A DNA stretch of 64,000 nt. Origin: Heteronotia binoei (taxonomy: Eukaryota). A program made the position numbers and the translations under genes. Below, piece after piece: positions 23,446-36,040 of this stretch (positions are counted from its first letter, which is position 1; every line of letters begins with the position of its first letter). A model generated the notes under the pieces. That model saw only the letters and a program-made list of their open reading frames with translations, searched no databases and was not told the origin of the DNA. The stretch is from the NCBI RefSeq assembly GCF_032191835.1, contig NC_083227.1:40982001-41046000 (forward strand), written 5' to 3'.

Positions 23446-25040
23446 TCTAATTCATCAGTTTCATGCTGGAAGTCTCCCTTTGAAGTCCTGTTGGTGGAGA
23501 AAAGTGAATGTTAGAATATTCTCTCATCAGTTTCTGAAAACTGCCATTTTTAATGACAGTTTGGATTTTAAAAACAATCTCTGAACATCAAAGTATCAAA
23601 CCAAAGTTCTGCAATGATGCTAACTTTTGGTTGTGTGTTTAATTTCACCTTTGCTCTAGGCAAAGCCTATGAGGAAGTCATCTCAATGGGGAATTTGTAC
23701 CAGTTCGAAGACACGTTTGTACTGAAAGTCAAGCTGCTCTTGCAAAATTCCTAGACTGTTCAATGAGGCTTGTCTGAGGAAATTTACCAGCAGGCTGACT
23801 CAGGTCCATGTGTCAAAGCTAATCTGCCTAAGGGTGTGCCCCAGCAAGTTTCAAACAAATTGATCCTTGCAGATCAGACAGCACTTGTGCAAATGTGCTA
23901 AGCTAAGGAAAAGGCAGAGCTAGGTGGCAAACCCCATGTGGAGGGAGAGTGTGCATAATCTTGAGGTATGTAGTGCTTCCCCTTTTTGAGATTCTGCATC
24001 CTATAATGTAAGTTTCGTGCAGGAAACATTTGTGTTATCTTAGTATATGGCATATCTGCCCAGCATGTGGGAATATTTGACTGGAAAAGATGTTATCCTA
24101 GGACAGTGATGGTTAACCTATGGCAGGGGTCCCCAACCCCTGGTCCGTGGCCTGTTTCCAAGTGGGTCGCGCAACTACCCCCCCCACGCAGCCTCATCTC
24201 CCCCCCCCCCTGCATAGCCTCGTCGTCCCCCATTTATACCATTTTAAGGCTGCATTTCAAATCTGCATATGAATGTCAGCATTGTTCTGACATCAAGATA
24301 TAGTGAGGGTCAACACAAGGAGCGAGTAGGACCTCAACCATAGGCTGCTATTTGGGATGACAGCCCATGTTCTTTTCAAGCTGTTGGTTTCAAGATTGAC
24401 TCCTATAAGAAAACGTAGTTTAATTTACTCTTTAATTCAGTTCTGCCCAAAGAATCTGGGTCAATTTAAGAGACAGAGCTTAATGTGTAAATAATCTTGT
24501 ATAGAAATAGACAGTTCTTTAAGCATCCTGGACACTGACCACTTAGGGCTTATAGGTCAAAAGCAGCACTTTAAATTGGTCCCAGGAATAATCCAGCAGC
24601 CAATGGTTTAAGATTGGCAGATGTGTCATCTGGTTTGCCCTGGTTTGCCCTGGTTAGCAATCAACCACCATATTTTGCATCACCCAATTTCTAGATTCTC
24701 TTCAAAGGCAGCCCCACATAAACCACATTATCTCCATCCATCCATCACAACTGTATCCCACTCTTCATCTGAGGAGTTCACAACACAGATCTCCCATCTT
24801 CCATTTGAGCTTTACAGCAATAGATTTAGATTAAGAAAGAATGGCTTGTCAAGGATACTCATAGATGAATGGGTGTGGCTCAGTGGTAGAGCATCTGCTT
24901 TTCACACAGAAGGTCCCAGGTTCAATCCCTCCCATGTCCACTTAAAATATCAGGTAACTTATGATGTAACAGACCTCCCCCTGAAGTTCTGGAGAGCTGT
25001 CACCAGTCAGAATAGACAGACTATGGTCTGAGTCAGTGGC

Positions 25041-25631
25041 TGTCATGGACTCTGTGGGTTGCTGCCTAACACTGCCACCACTCTGGATTGATGGTCTTTT
25101 GGGAAAGCCCAGAGTACCCTCCCAAGCCCAACCAAAATGCCCCTTTAAGCCGAGAAAAAAAAACCCGGACGTGATGACCAGGCAGAGAACACTAAAAATA
25201 TAAAGGTTTATTAATGCAGGGATGGGTATTTAAACAAGGCAAGGTGCTTAATAGATATAACAGTGTATAAAGGAAAATGAAAATAAACCCTAATGCAGCT
25301 ACCTGTACTTCCCCAAGCCTGTTAGTCGTCTGGGCCCACAGCCCTTTTCCCCAGACCGACTGCCCGTGACTCACTCTACCTTCTGAGTGAGGGAGCCTTC
25401 TCTCAGCCACAGACCATCCTCCCACCCTAACTCTGCCAGAGCAAAGAACAAAGTTCCACAGCCCACAAAATTATGTATCAATCCCCTCACACAATCTCTG
25501 GACACTGATTGGTTACAGCGGGTGCCAAGCATTATGGGGATTGTAGGCTGTGTCTGCTTTCTACTCCCACACTGGTCTTTAGGCCCAGGCCTTCCTAGAC
25601 CTTGTCTCCCAGTCCTTCACAGATCATGACA
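25041..25631 (-). mobile_element. Solo LTR (591 bp) in LAAO intron 1
   Basis: 7-bp TIR tgtcatg/catgaca; 5-bp TSD gtggc (25036-25040 / 25632-25636); empty site gagtcagtggccctgtgcag in the paralog at about 63561-63580. Confidence 0.92.
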
Positions 25632-25988
25632 GTGGCCCTGTGCAGATGACCCATGCACATGTTGATTCACTTTGCAGGGAAGAAGAATGAACATGAGCAC
25701 ACTGGCCCTGGCCATCATCTCAAAATGATTGCTCAATTGATTCCACAGTGCAAATGCATGGAGGAATGCAAATATGTTTGGAAAGCAGCTTCACTGATCA
25801 TGGGGGAGGGGGTTATGCACAGGCACTTCTTCCACATAGTCACACCATGAAGATGACTCAGTGTTGATGAAGAGGTCAAGGGGCAGTGAGTCCACACAAA
25901 TGGATTATCTGCACTGGTCTACAATAAGGCAGCTTTAACATAGAGAAAGTGCCACAAAGTTGTAGATGACTTATGGCCACCTGTAGAG

Positions 25989-26579
25989 CGGGGGTGTCAA
26001 ACATACTGCCTGGGGGCCGAATCAGGCCCCCAGGGAGCTCTTATCAGGCCTCCAAGAAACTGGTTGTCATCTGCTTCCTTCTGTGTAACAGCTTGCTTTG
26101 TCAGGCTTGCTCAGTCACACAGGAGCTATAGAGCAAAGCTTCTATTTTCTCCATTGGCTGAGGCTTATCCCTTGGGGAGGAAGGGAGGGAAGCAGAGCTT
26201 ACTTTGCCAGGCTCTCTCAATTGCACAGCAGAGCTACTCAGCCAAGCCTCTCTTCCTTCTATTGGTTTAGGCTCCTCCCCCTTCTGGTCCACTGGGGAAG
26301 GAAGGAAAGAGACAGGGCTTCCTTTGCCCAGTTCCCTGGATCCCATAGGAGAAGTACAAAGAAAGCACCTTTAAAACCAAGTACTAATGTTTTAAGCATG
26401 TTTTAAGTTTTTTTTAAAAAAATCTTTAATTGTGTTTGTCTGTGTCCTTTATAAAGTTTATATCTCTACTACCTAATCTTAAATAGGTACACATATAGCC
26501 TGGCCCAACATGGCCTGGCTCAACAAGGTCTCATTTATGTCAGATCTGGCTCTCATAACAAATGAGTTTGACACCCCTT
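25989..26579. mobile_element. hAT MITE (caggggtgtcaaac family)
   Basis: TIRs ggggtgtcaaac / gtttgacacccc; TSD (c)tgtagag; empty site in the paralog at about 63775-63790. Confidence 0.88.
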
Positions 26580-26589
26580 TGTAGAGTTT

Positions 26590-26730
26590 TCAAGGCAAGA
26601 GACAGAGATGGTCTGCCATTGCCTGCCTCTGTATAGCAACCTGGGACTTCCTCAGTGGTGTCCCATCCAAGTATTACGCAGCGCTGAGATCTCACAAGAT
26701 CAAACTAGTCTGGGCTATCCAGTCACGGCA
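26590..26730 (-). mobile_element. 5S-derived SINE (shared with the paralogous copy at about 63790-63930)
   Basis: Reverse 5S-like gtcccatccaagta...gagatctcacaagatc...ctgggctatccag; present in both duplicated copies, so it predates the duplication. Confidence 0.65.
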
Positions 26731-28404
26731 CAGACTTTACTATATTATCTGTTGCTGTATGTTTTTTCATCTTGCTCTCACTATATTTTGACTTACGTCA
26801 TACCATTTCTTGCATTGTGTTGTTGAAAAAAGATGCTTAAAGTAATTTCCAAAGCTGTTTAAGTCTTTATTGTACGATTGCAGGACACAGCAAAAGCAGA
26901 ATTTCAGTAGCAGGGTGGTTATTGTCCCAAATACATTTGTTTATTTATTTCATTCAATTTATAGTCCCCCAGATAAGCAGGCATAACTAGATTTTAAGCC
27001 TGGAATTTTCCTGTAAAACCAACTTCTTAATATCTTTTATCTGCAGCTGGCACTGGTTGATTCAGATTAGTCAGTTCTAATTCCAAGGTCACTTACTCTT
27101 TATTTTTGCAGTCATGGCACATTCTGCCTAGCCTACTTGACCACCATTTAAAATGTGTCTCCACACTGGTCTTCCACAGTTTAATATGTCATCTTTAAAA
27201 GTGATGTCCTTTCAGACTTCTGAAATCATACTGCATTGCTTATTAAGTGTAAGCCAAAATGCCCTCAAAAGAGGTTAGGGAATTAACAGGTGGGCACCTA
27301 TGGCGTAAAAGTGAGAAAGGTGGACTATGAATAGCATAGTAAAATAAATGAATAAATAGCAAAATTAACAAAATGCATACCCCACCTTTCTGCCCTTACA
27401 GACACCAAAGCAGCTAACAAATTAAAACATATGTAATAAAATCACATTTTTATAATATTCACAAACAACCAAATAAATAACTTTGAACACAGGTTTCCTA
27501 CCCCTTCCTAGTCCAACAACCACTGTGCAATAGAGGCTCATAAATTATTGCAGTCTGGTCTGAATGTAGCTAATGAATGAATAATTCCTGCTAGAATCTC
27601 CCTTTCCAGGCCAGGGTGCAGCTGAAGATGCAGCCCAGTCTGATACAGCATGTTTTTGGCTGTCAGTCGCACCTAAACATCAAGGAACAAAAAAACAGGG
27701 TGGAGAAAACATGTAAAATAGTAATGATATATGGTGAGATTAATAGCTCAATCCAAGATTACAACAACCTAAACAAGCAACTTGCTTAAGGTCCTTGGCA
27801 TGATTTCACTACCTTTAGTCAGTTTTGATGATATCTGTGCTTGTGAATGCCTGATGGATTTTGCAACGCAGATCTTTTCCAAGGAGAAGCTGATGTTCTT
27901 GAATTGTATCTGCCACTCTTGGATAGGAAGCATGAAGGATCAATTCATTCAGTGCAATTCTCAGGTCAAGGACAACCATCTACCAGATGTTGGCTTACTG
28001 CCATCAGGCCTGCTTGCTTGCACATTCATTCACTGCTTTTGAAGAATTTATTGTTGGTGAATGCTACTTTGCCCTGATCGGCCTTGACTATTACAGAGGA
28101 GCCAAAACAGGGGCAATGTCCAGTCCACTGCATCTGATGCTGGAGTGTAGTGACATCTAACTCCATATGTACAAAATTGTAAATTCTTGTAGACCATTTT
28201 TACATAGAGACTTACTGTGACCAGAGAGGGCAGGAGCCAGCAGCCAGAGCTGTTAGAGGATCATCCGCTGACACTAGCTCCACCACTGCCTCACCTAGAT
28301 GAGAAGGGCTGTCAACCTCCAGGTGGGGCCTGAGATCTCCCAGCATTGCAAGTGATCTCCAGTATACATAGATTATTTCCCTTAGAGAAAATGGTTGTAT
28401 TGGA

Positions 28405-28855
28405 GCCAGTTTGGTGTAGTGGCTAAGTGTGTGGACTCTTATCTGGGAGAACCAGGTTTGATTCCCCACTCCTCCACTTGCAGCTGCTGGAATGGCCTTG
28501 GGTCAGCCGTAGCTCTTATGGGAGTTGTTCTTGAAAGGGCAGCTGCTGTAAGAGCTCTCTCAGCCCAACCTAGGTGTCTGTTGTGGGGGGGGGGTGAGAT
28601 AAAGGATATTGTGACCACTCTGAGTCTCTGATTCAGAGTATAGGCAGGATTTAAATCCAATATGGCCTTGGGTCAGCCATAGCTCTGGCAGAAGTTGTCC
28701 TTGAAAGGGCAGCTGCTGTGAGAGCCCTCTCCAGCCCCACCCACCTCACAGGGTGTTTGTTGTAAGGGAGGAAGGTAAAGGAGATTGTGAGCCGCTATGA
28801 GACTCTTCGGAGTGGAGGGCGGGATATAAATCCAATATCTTCTTCTTCTTCTTCA
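28405..28855 (+). mobile_element. Tandem or nested Squam3-like SINEs
   Basis: tRNA-like head at about 28407, two copies of the ggccttgggtcagcc...gtccttgaaagggcagctgct body, (tct)n tail at about 28840-28855. Confidence 0.8.
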
Positions 28856-28879
28856 TTGGAGGGTGGACTCTACGGTATT

Positions 28880-29085
28880 GGGAGGGTGTGGCTCAATGGC
28901 AGAGCATCTGCTTAATATGCAGAAGGTCCTAGGTTCAATCCCCAGCATCTTCAGCTAAAAGGATCAGTTAGTAGGGGATGTGAAAGATCTCTTTCTGAGA
29001 CCCTGGAGAGCTGCTGCCAGTCTGAGTAAACAATATGTTGATGGACCGATGGTCTGATTCAGCAGAAGTCAGCTTCATGTGTACG
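28880..29085 (+). mobile_element. Squam2-like SINE
   Basis: gtggctcaatggcagagcatctgctt head; ctggagagctgctgccagtctgagtaaacaat body. Confidence 0.8.
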
Positions 29086-29609
29086 TGAATATTGTCTCTC
29101 TGTAACTGCAATTATCTGAACGAAATTTATGACCCCCCCCCCCAGCTGTTATAAATGTTAACTAGCTTAGCGGAATTAGTGAATGGTTTCTGTATTTTTT
29201 CCAGGTTAGAGCTGAAATTTATGTAATTATACATCACTGTGTATTTCCTACATTTTGTGGCCGTCACCCTTCTTTTCCCTCTGAAAATTCCTACATTAAA
29301 TAACTTCATAATGAGGATCCATTCACAGCATATGAAGAATTGGGCCCTCATCCACAAAAGCTTCTGTGGCAATAACATTTTGGCTCTTCCACACAGGTGT
29401 TTCGCTCAGCCCTGGCTCTCAGACTGCCTGTGGTGGTTCTTTCCAAGCAGACACACAATGCTGGCTTGCAATCAATCTCTGCTTGAGTGTTTTAGGGAAC
29501 AGGGACTGGGAAACTCCTTGTTTTGCCTGAGAGAAACATGCTGACATTCAGAGTTTGATGGTGTTGAGCAAAATGGACTGATCAAATGATTGCTTGTAAG
29601 GTAACTTTA

Positions 29610-29815
29610 GCCCTGACCTGGATAGCCCAGGCTAGCCCATTCTCATCTGATCCCGACTACTAAGCAGGGTCAGCCCTGGTTAGAATTTGGATGAGAGACC
29701 ACCAAGGAATACCAGGGTCTATGCAGAGGCAGGCAATGGCAAACCACCTCTGAACATCTCTTGCCTTGAAAACCCCAGAGGATCAACGTATGTTGACTGT
29801 GATTTGACGGTATTT
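29610..29815 (+). mobile_element. 5S-derived SINE
   Basis: gccctgacctggatagcccaggctagccc...aagcagggtcagccctggttag...gagaccaccaaggaatacc, then ggcaatggcaaaccacctctg. Confidence 0.8.
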
Positions 29816-30913
29816 TCTACCACCCCCAAGGTAGCATTATAGATCTATGGCATTCATTACTGCAGGATGTGGAGAGAGCTAGTGGCTTAGAGTAGGTTTC
29901 TGATTGGCCATAACAGCAAACAGAACTCTCATCAATTAGAGGCACTATGTCTCTGAACATGAGATTGTGGGGAGGAACAGAAGAAGACTGCTTTTTGACT
30001 TCCTGCCTTGTTTGTGGGCTTTTCATTTGGCTAGGAAACCAGGTGGCAGACTTTGGTTCTGATCCAGCAGAGCTATTTGGTTCTGCAGGAAGTCCTTGGA
30101 CCACAGGGGGTAGAGGGATCTCTCTGGTTCCTAAAGTCTAGCAGCATTTGGTCAATAGAAGGGATGCGCGTCTCTCAGAATCTGGGAAAACAGAAGGTGA
30201 AAAAGGGTTTCACACTCTGATAAAGAAACAGCCTGGCTATTTTGTGGATGCTGGAATTCTGAACATAGGTGAAGCAGGCACTGACCCACCATTAATTTTT
30301 TGTTGTTGTTAAAACCAGATATGCTGCTGTTCTAAAAACAAAATCTTGTTCTTCAAACGGATTTTAGTAGCATTTGAAACACAATTCTACTGTGGGATGA
30401 ACTTCTGCTCTAGGTGAGGCAGTCTACCCTCTGGCCCAAGTAGGGATGCCTGCCTCCAGGTGGGGCCTGGGAATCCCCCAGAATTACAACTCCTGTCCAG
30501 ATGACAGAGATCAGTTCCCCTGGAGAAAATGAGTGCTTTTCAGGTGGACTCCATTATATTGTACCCCACTGAGGTCCCTGTCCTTCCCAGGCTCCACCCT
30601 CAAGTCCTAGGAGCTTCCCAACCTGGATTTGGCAACCCTACTCCCCACATCCCCTACTGGTGAGCTGGCAACCCTAGCCACATGGGACTCTGAGAACAGC
30701 TTTTGCCTTTCCTTCTCCCCCCTTCCCCAGGGTACAGCCACAGCAGCCAAAAGCCACTGTCCAGCCCTCCCAGGCGCTCATCTGTGTGTCTCTGTGGAAA
30801 GATTAACACTCTGCTGCTTTGTTCCCCAGATATGTTTTAACCTCTCTCTTGTCAGACCAGGAGGATTAAAAAAGAGTGACATTTTTATCTCTCTTCCAGA
30901 GAACACTTTAAAG

Positions 30914-31554
30914 CAGTGGTCCACAATCCCCGGGCCACGGACCACTACCAGTCGGCAGCCCCACCCGCAATGCTGAGCAGCCTTGCCACCCTGCCACCCC
31001 TCGCAGCGCCTCCAGCACCCTCTGTTTTTATGATTTTAAGGTCAGGGAAAGGGCGAAGCGCCGCCTTCTCTGGCTCTTTAAAGGCCGACAACCACCACCA
31101 CCCCCGCCGATTGGCAGCAAAAACGTCCATAGCAGCAGTGAGCAACCCGCTGAAGAAGTGGTGGTGCCCTTGTCTCCTCTCCACTTCCTTCTTGTGCGTG
31201 GGGGGGGGGGGAAGGAGACAAGAGTGGCGCCGCTTCTTCAGCGGGTCACCCGCTGCTGTTATGGAGGTTTTCACTGCCGATTGGTGTGTGTGTGGGTTGT
31301 CGACCTTTAAAGAGCCGGGGAAGGTGGCACTTCACCCCTTCCCTAGCCTTAAAATCGTAAAAATGGAGGATGATAGAGGCACCGCAGGGGGTGGGGAGAG
31401 GCTGTGGGAGGGGCGGTGAGGCTGCACAGGGGCAGGGGCGAGGCTGCATGGTGGTGGGGGTGAAGCAGCGAGGTTGCGTGGTCGCGGAGGGTGGGGCCAA
31501 ATTCGGTGCCCCCACCCTGCCTGTTCCCGGTGCCGCAAAGGTTGGGGACCACTG
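30914..31554. mobile_element. CpG-rich hAT MITE with internal fold-back arms
   Basis: TIRs cagtggtcc / ggaccactg; perfect 8-bp TSD ctttaaag (30906-30913 / 31555-31562); internal inverted repeat about 31026-31092 vs 31297-31364. Confidence 0.88.
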
Positions 31555-31628
31555 CTTTAAAGGATAGGAGGATTATCATAATCTGCCCTTAATGATTACG
31601 GAAATGCTTCAGGTTAATTCATTTTGGA

Positions 31629-31923
31629 AGAGCCCCACGGCACAGAGTGGTAAAGCTGCAGTACTGCAGTCCAAACTCTGCTCATGACTGAGTTTGATCC
31701 TGGTGGAAGCTGGCTTCAGGTAGCCGGCTCATGGTTGACTCAGCCTTCCATCCTTCTGAGGTCAGTAAAATGAGTACCCAGCTTGCTTGGGGGGTGGGGT
31801 GGTAAAGTGTAAATGACTGGACAAGACAATGGCAAACCACTCTGTAAAAAAGTCTGCCGTGAAAACGTTAAAGCAATGTCATCCCAGAGTCAGAAATGAC
31901 TGGTGTTTGCACAGGGGTTACCT
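31629..31923 (+). mobile_element. Full-length Sauria SINE
   Basis: 15-bp TSD ttaattcattttgga (31614-31628 / 31924-31938); ggttgactcagccttccatcc...caatggcaaaccac...gactggtgtttgcacagggg. Confidence 0.9.
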
Positions 31924-32597
31924 TTAATTCATTTTGGAGAAAAGATTAATACAGGATTATGAAATCTCTCCAATAAATATGCACAAAGGCTGGGTCCATA
32001 CAGCCGATTTGGGCTGCCTCAGGAACGCCCTACAGCCAGATTGAAATTGCGCAGTCAAATGCACGCATCTGGGTCCTGCCTCGCTCCTGATCTTACCTTG
32101 TCCTTTGCCCGTCCTGCCACTTCAGAAAGTGATAAAGTGCTTCCAGGGCACCTTTCCTGGCTGTCTGAACAGCTGGGGAGCGCCAAGGAAGCGCCTCCCC
32201 TTCACTTGAGCAGTGTGACCGCTCCTGTCTGGCAATGGGCCATGCATTGTCTGAGCACACCTGGGGCTCTTTCCCCTCTGCCAGCTTTCTTCTGGGATGG
32301 GAGGCTGCCGCTCCAGGCTGCCAATCTGGATCCAGCCAAAGGGTTCTGGGGGTAATTTGCCTTTTCACCCTCATTAACACTGCTCAGCAAAAAGCAGCTC
32401 AAAACATATTAGGAAAGTACTAATCTGTGGTAAATAATCTTGAGAACCGGCCTAAATCTAGGTGATTGTGTCCATGGGTTAAGGAGGAAGCAGGTGTGTC
32501 ATAACTTCCCTCTTAAAGTATGTAATGCTACCACCAGGAATATAATTCCAAACACTTTATTTAATGTTCCTTACTGAGTTGTGCACAAGCTCTAAGG

Positions 32598-33376
32598 CAG
32601 GGGTGTCAAACACCTGGCCCGTAGGGCAGATACGGCCCGCCCAAGGCTTTCATCAGGCTCTTTTTTCTCCCCCTCCTCAACCTCCTGTCCTTTCCCTTTG
32701 AAGCTCCCAGGCTGAGTTTCTTTCACTTTCAGCCTGGGAGCTTCAAAGGCTCTTTGAAGCACCCTTTGAAGCTTGCAGGCTGAGTCTCTCTTCCTGCCTT
32801 TCTTTGCTGGCTGTGCAAGGAAAACGTGGGGTGGATTTTAAAATCCATTCCACATTTTCCTTGCAGTTTTATCTGTATTCTGCAATGGTTTTGATTGGAG
32901 TAGAGATGGTTATATTTTCAGCTTTCCTATAGCTAGCTGAAACTCATGCTTCCTGGAGTTGTGTCCTTGCAATGGACCTAATCTAGTGAGTACTCTAATG
33001 TAGGAACCTACAGCCAAAAGGGGATATTATACTGGAAAGGCGTTGCCAATCTGAGTACAGTGGGGGGGGGGGGAGCTTACAATGCCACTTCATTGTTTCC
33101 ACAGTCAGAGCCTTGTGCTTTTTCTTGATGTTTTATTTTTTACAACTGCATTGCCAAGTTTCACTAGACCCCCACGTTTCCAACTTAAGCTATTGGAAGA
33201 GTTTTAAGAATATTTGTATTTTAAGTCTAAAAAAAATCTTTAATTGTGTTTGTGTCCATTATAAAGTTTATATTTCTACTTCCTGGCATTATATTTTATG
33301 ACACTCATGGCCTGACTCCACAAAGATCCACTTGTGTCAAATCCGGCCCTCCTAACACATGAGTTTGACACCCCTG
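32598..33376. mobile_element. hAT MITE (caggggtgtcaaac family)
   Basis: TIRs caggggtgtcaaac / gtttgacacccctg; perfect 8-bp TSD ctctaagg. Confidence 0.92.
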
Positions 33377-33576
33377 CTCTAAGGCTTCCTCATTGGACTA
33401 CGTGGCCCTAAGGATGAGACTCCTATATTTTAAAATCATAGGACTCTGGGTTAATGCAAAATAAAACAAAACTTTATTTGTATAATAAGCATATTGTTTT
33501 CAGCTTAATTCTTCAATGAAGACCAAGGTGTCACTCTTTTACTTCACACACTCCTTCCCTCTCAAATCTTCCTTTT

Positions 33577-34985
33577 AGGGCTATCAACAACAACAAAAAT
33601 TTGGTAATATCCGGATTCGGAAATATTCAGTAATAAATTCGGAAATATTCACTCTCCCAGTGTTGTTTGGGGCTGCCCTGGAGAGCTGGCATCCTTAGAT
33701 GGTTCTGTGTTTTGTGGCATGGTCATCCCCAAACAACACTGGGAGAGTTGCCCAAGTGCACCAAACATGCTGCTTCTGAGTTTCTCACCCAGATGCCAGC
33801 CCCCCTGCCACAGAACACACAATCTAAGGATGCCAGCTCTCCAGGCCACCCCCAAACAACACCGGGAGAGTTGCCCAAGCGCACCAACCATGCCACTTCC
33901 GGGTTTCTCACCCAGATGCCTGCAGGAAACAGTGGCCTTGGCCAAGGGGCCAGAGCAGGCTACCTGAGGCCCAAAGCAGCAGAGCACAGCAGCCCAGGAA
34001 GGGTTACCAGGTCCCCATCCCCCACCCCCAAACCCAGCCACAAGCACAACAACCAGACCAGGGAGACACTCAGCCCACAGGAAAATGGCCTGTGCTACCA
34101 AGGAACTAAAGCATACCAGAGGCCCAAAACAGCAGAGCAGAGCAAAAATAACTCTTAACAAACTAGACAATGTAATAAAATTATGAAGTGATTAAAACAA
34201 ACAATCCCAGCCAGACCAGTGCCACCCCCAATCCCCCCCAGCAACGCCCACAACACAAAACCACCCAGACACTTATCCAAAGCAGAACAGAAGGTTTTCT
34301 AAAATATAGAAACAAAAACCAACTTATAAAAATTCCCCAATTCCCTTCCCCACAATAAGGGGAAAAAGGAAGGATCTCACCCAGTCAGATGCTGAAGTCT
34401 AGGTCCAGGATCAGGATTCACACCAGGCCACAGAGAGCAGACCAGCAGAGCACTGTGCCAAAGCAGCAGAGGCTCAACACCAGCTCACAGTCTCTCTATG
34501 GCAGCAGGAACAGCAATGGAGTCCAGGGGCAATACCCTCTCTCTGCCCAGGGACAGAACAGAACAGTTTGGAAATAAACTGTTCTGTTCTCTGATTGGCT
34601 TGAGGGGGGAAACATGCAATTCCATTGGAGAATTGCAGTTTCTCCCTTCCCCCTACTTTGCACAACAAAAAAAAGCCCTGAAGGGTCCTGCAGAGCCATG
34701 TATTTCCAATTTGCAGAAAAGCATGCCTCTGATTGGTCAGAGATCTCTTCCCCCCCTCACCCCTCCCCTCACCCCAGCCAAAGGTGGGAAAAGTCCAGGA
34801 AAAGTTGAGAAAGTCAATCACAGACTGCCTTCTCCCTTTTCCCATTGTTTTCTATGGGAGGAATACATTTACCGAATATTTCCGAATAATACCGTAATTA
34901 TTCAGAAATCAGGTATTTGGAATTCAAAAATAGGCTCAGATGCCTATCCGGAAAACCTATTTCCAAATATTTACCAGGTTACTGT
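33577..34985. mobile_element. Probable non-autonomous DNA element with ccgaat/attcgg-rich subterminal repeats and internal direct and inverted repeats
   Basis: attcggaaatattc arrays at the left end mirrored by gaatatttccgaat at the right end; internal direct repeat 33728-33800 vs 33849-33923; inverted copy 33650-33700 vs 33822-33872. Boundaries approximate. Confidence 0.5.
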
Positions 34986-35825
34986 TAATTTTACATTGAT
35001 TTGTAGACCTTGACTCACTCAATTTGTAATCGAATGGTGTTGAGAGATCACAATGAGGCGACCTGGTGGAAGCCAGCAGTTCACCATATATTCAAAATAA
35101 TAAATGAATTTTCAAAAGATATTCCCCTGAGGAAGGCTCGATCAAAATGGACTGTATAGTTGTATAAAATCAGTTGGCAGGAATATTGGACTGTGTGATG
35201 CACTGTACATCAAGGCTTATTATGTATATGAGATTGTTGTAATAGTTGTGTCAATGGATGAGACATTTTGTACTGGTAATTAGAATTTTGAATTTTCTAT
35301 AGGTGATAGAGTTGAAATAATATAATACATACAGAGGAAGAAAACATAAAAGACATACATACATAAGAACATAAGAGAAGCCATGTTGGAGCAGGCCAGT
35401 GGCCTATCCTGTCCAACATTCTGTGTTGTTAAATTGTTTATTAATACATTGAGGGGCAAACATTATGTGTACACACGGAGAGTTGTGTTTGTATTTCTGC
35501 CAGGCTGGATATTGGCAACCCCAAAGGTGGACTGCCTGTGAATGTGGAAGTTCCATTCGGCCCTCATGGCCAGTAGGAAATGATAGACCTATTCCCCATG
35601 TGTATGCTTAATCCCATTTTAAAAGGCTGATTAAGGTAATGGCCATCACAGTGGCAAGTCCCATCACTTACACGTTGCATGAAGAGGTTTTGCTGTTGTT
35701 GTTCTTTGTAATGCTGAACTGAGCATGGATAAGAAGGAACCCTCAGGAAGCAGGCAATGAGGAAAATGTATGCTTAAAACCGATTTCTTTGTGTTTAAAT
35801 TTTTGTATCTGCTTTTTTGACCCAG

Positions 35826-36040
35826 CGCTCTCCTCATTGTGGTTCCTGGTCACACTTCTAAGTTGCAACGGCCAAGAAAGCCCACTGGTGAAATGCTTTG
35901 AAGACCCAGATTATGAAGAATTCCTAGAGATAACCAAGCACGGACTTGAGAAGCCAATGTACCGGAAGCATGTACTGATCGTGGGTGCAGGGATAGCAGG
36001 ACTCAGTGCAGCCCATGTACTCGCAGAGGCAGGGCATAAA
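35826..36040 (+). CDS. LAAO: L-amino-acid oxidase, exon 2 (signal peptide, N-terminus, FAD dinucleotide-binding motif)
   Basis: cccag| acceptor, |gtaagg donor; [41 protein letters not shown]...[24 protein letters not shown] (GxGxxG). Confidence 0.95.

Larger units (their letters stand above)
21135..26810 (+). repeat. Segmental-duplication block D (paralogous to about 59005..64000): LAAO promoter, exon 1 and 5' part of intron 1
   Basis: Collinear direct homology, e.g. 21517-21581 vs 59378-59442 identical at 61/65 nt; homology runs to the window end (cagactttactatatt...gactta[c/t]gtca). Confidence 0.93.

Noticed and set aside
29586-29601. Alternative phase-1 mini-exon ATGATTGCTT|gtaagg as LAAO exon 1
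   Set aside because: No TATA box, not part of the duplicated promoter block and a weaker donor than 21528..21540; cannot be fully excluded as a minor alternative start.
33649-34170. 163- and 173-aa ORFs on opposite strands
   Set aside because: Derived from the internal repeats of the putative DNA element; no protein family recognisable.
35789-35825. N-terminal [12 protein letters not shown] of ORF 35789..36052 as the LAAO start
   Set aside because: The ORF starts at GTG inside the polypyrimidine tract; the acceptor cccag ends at 35825.
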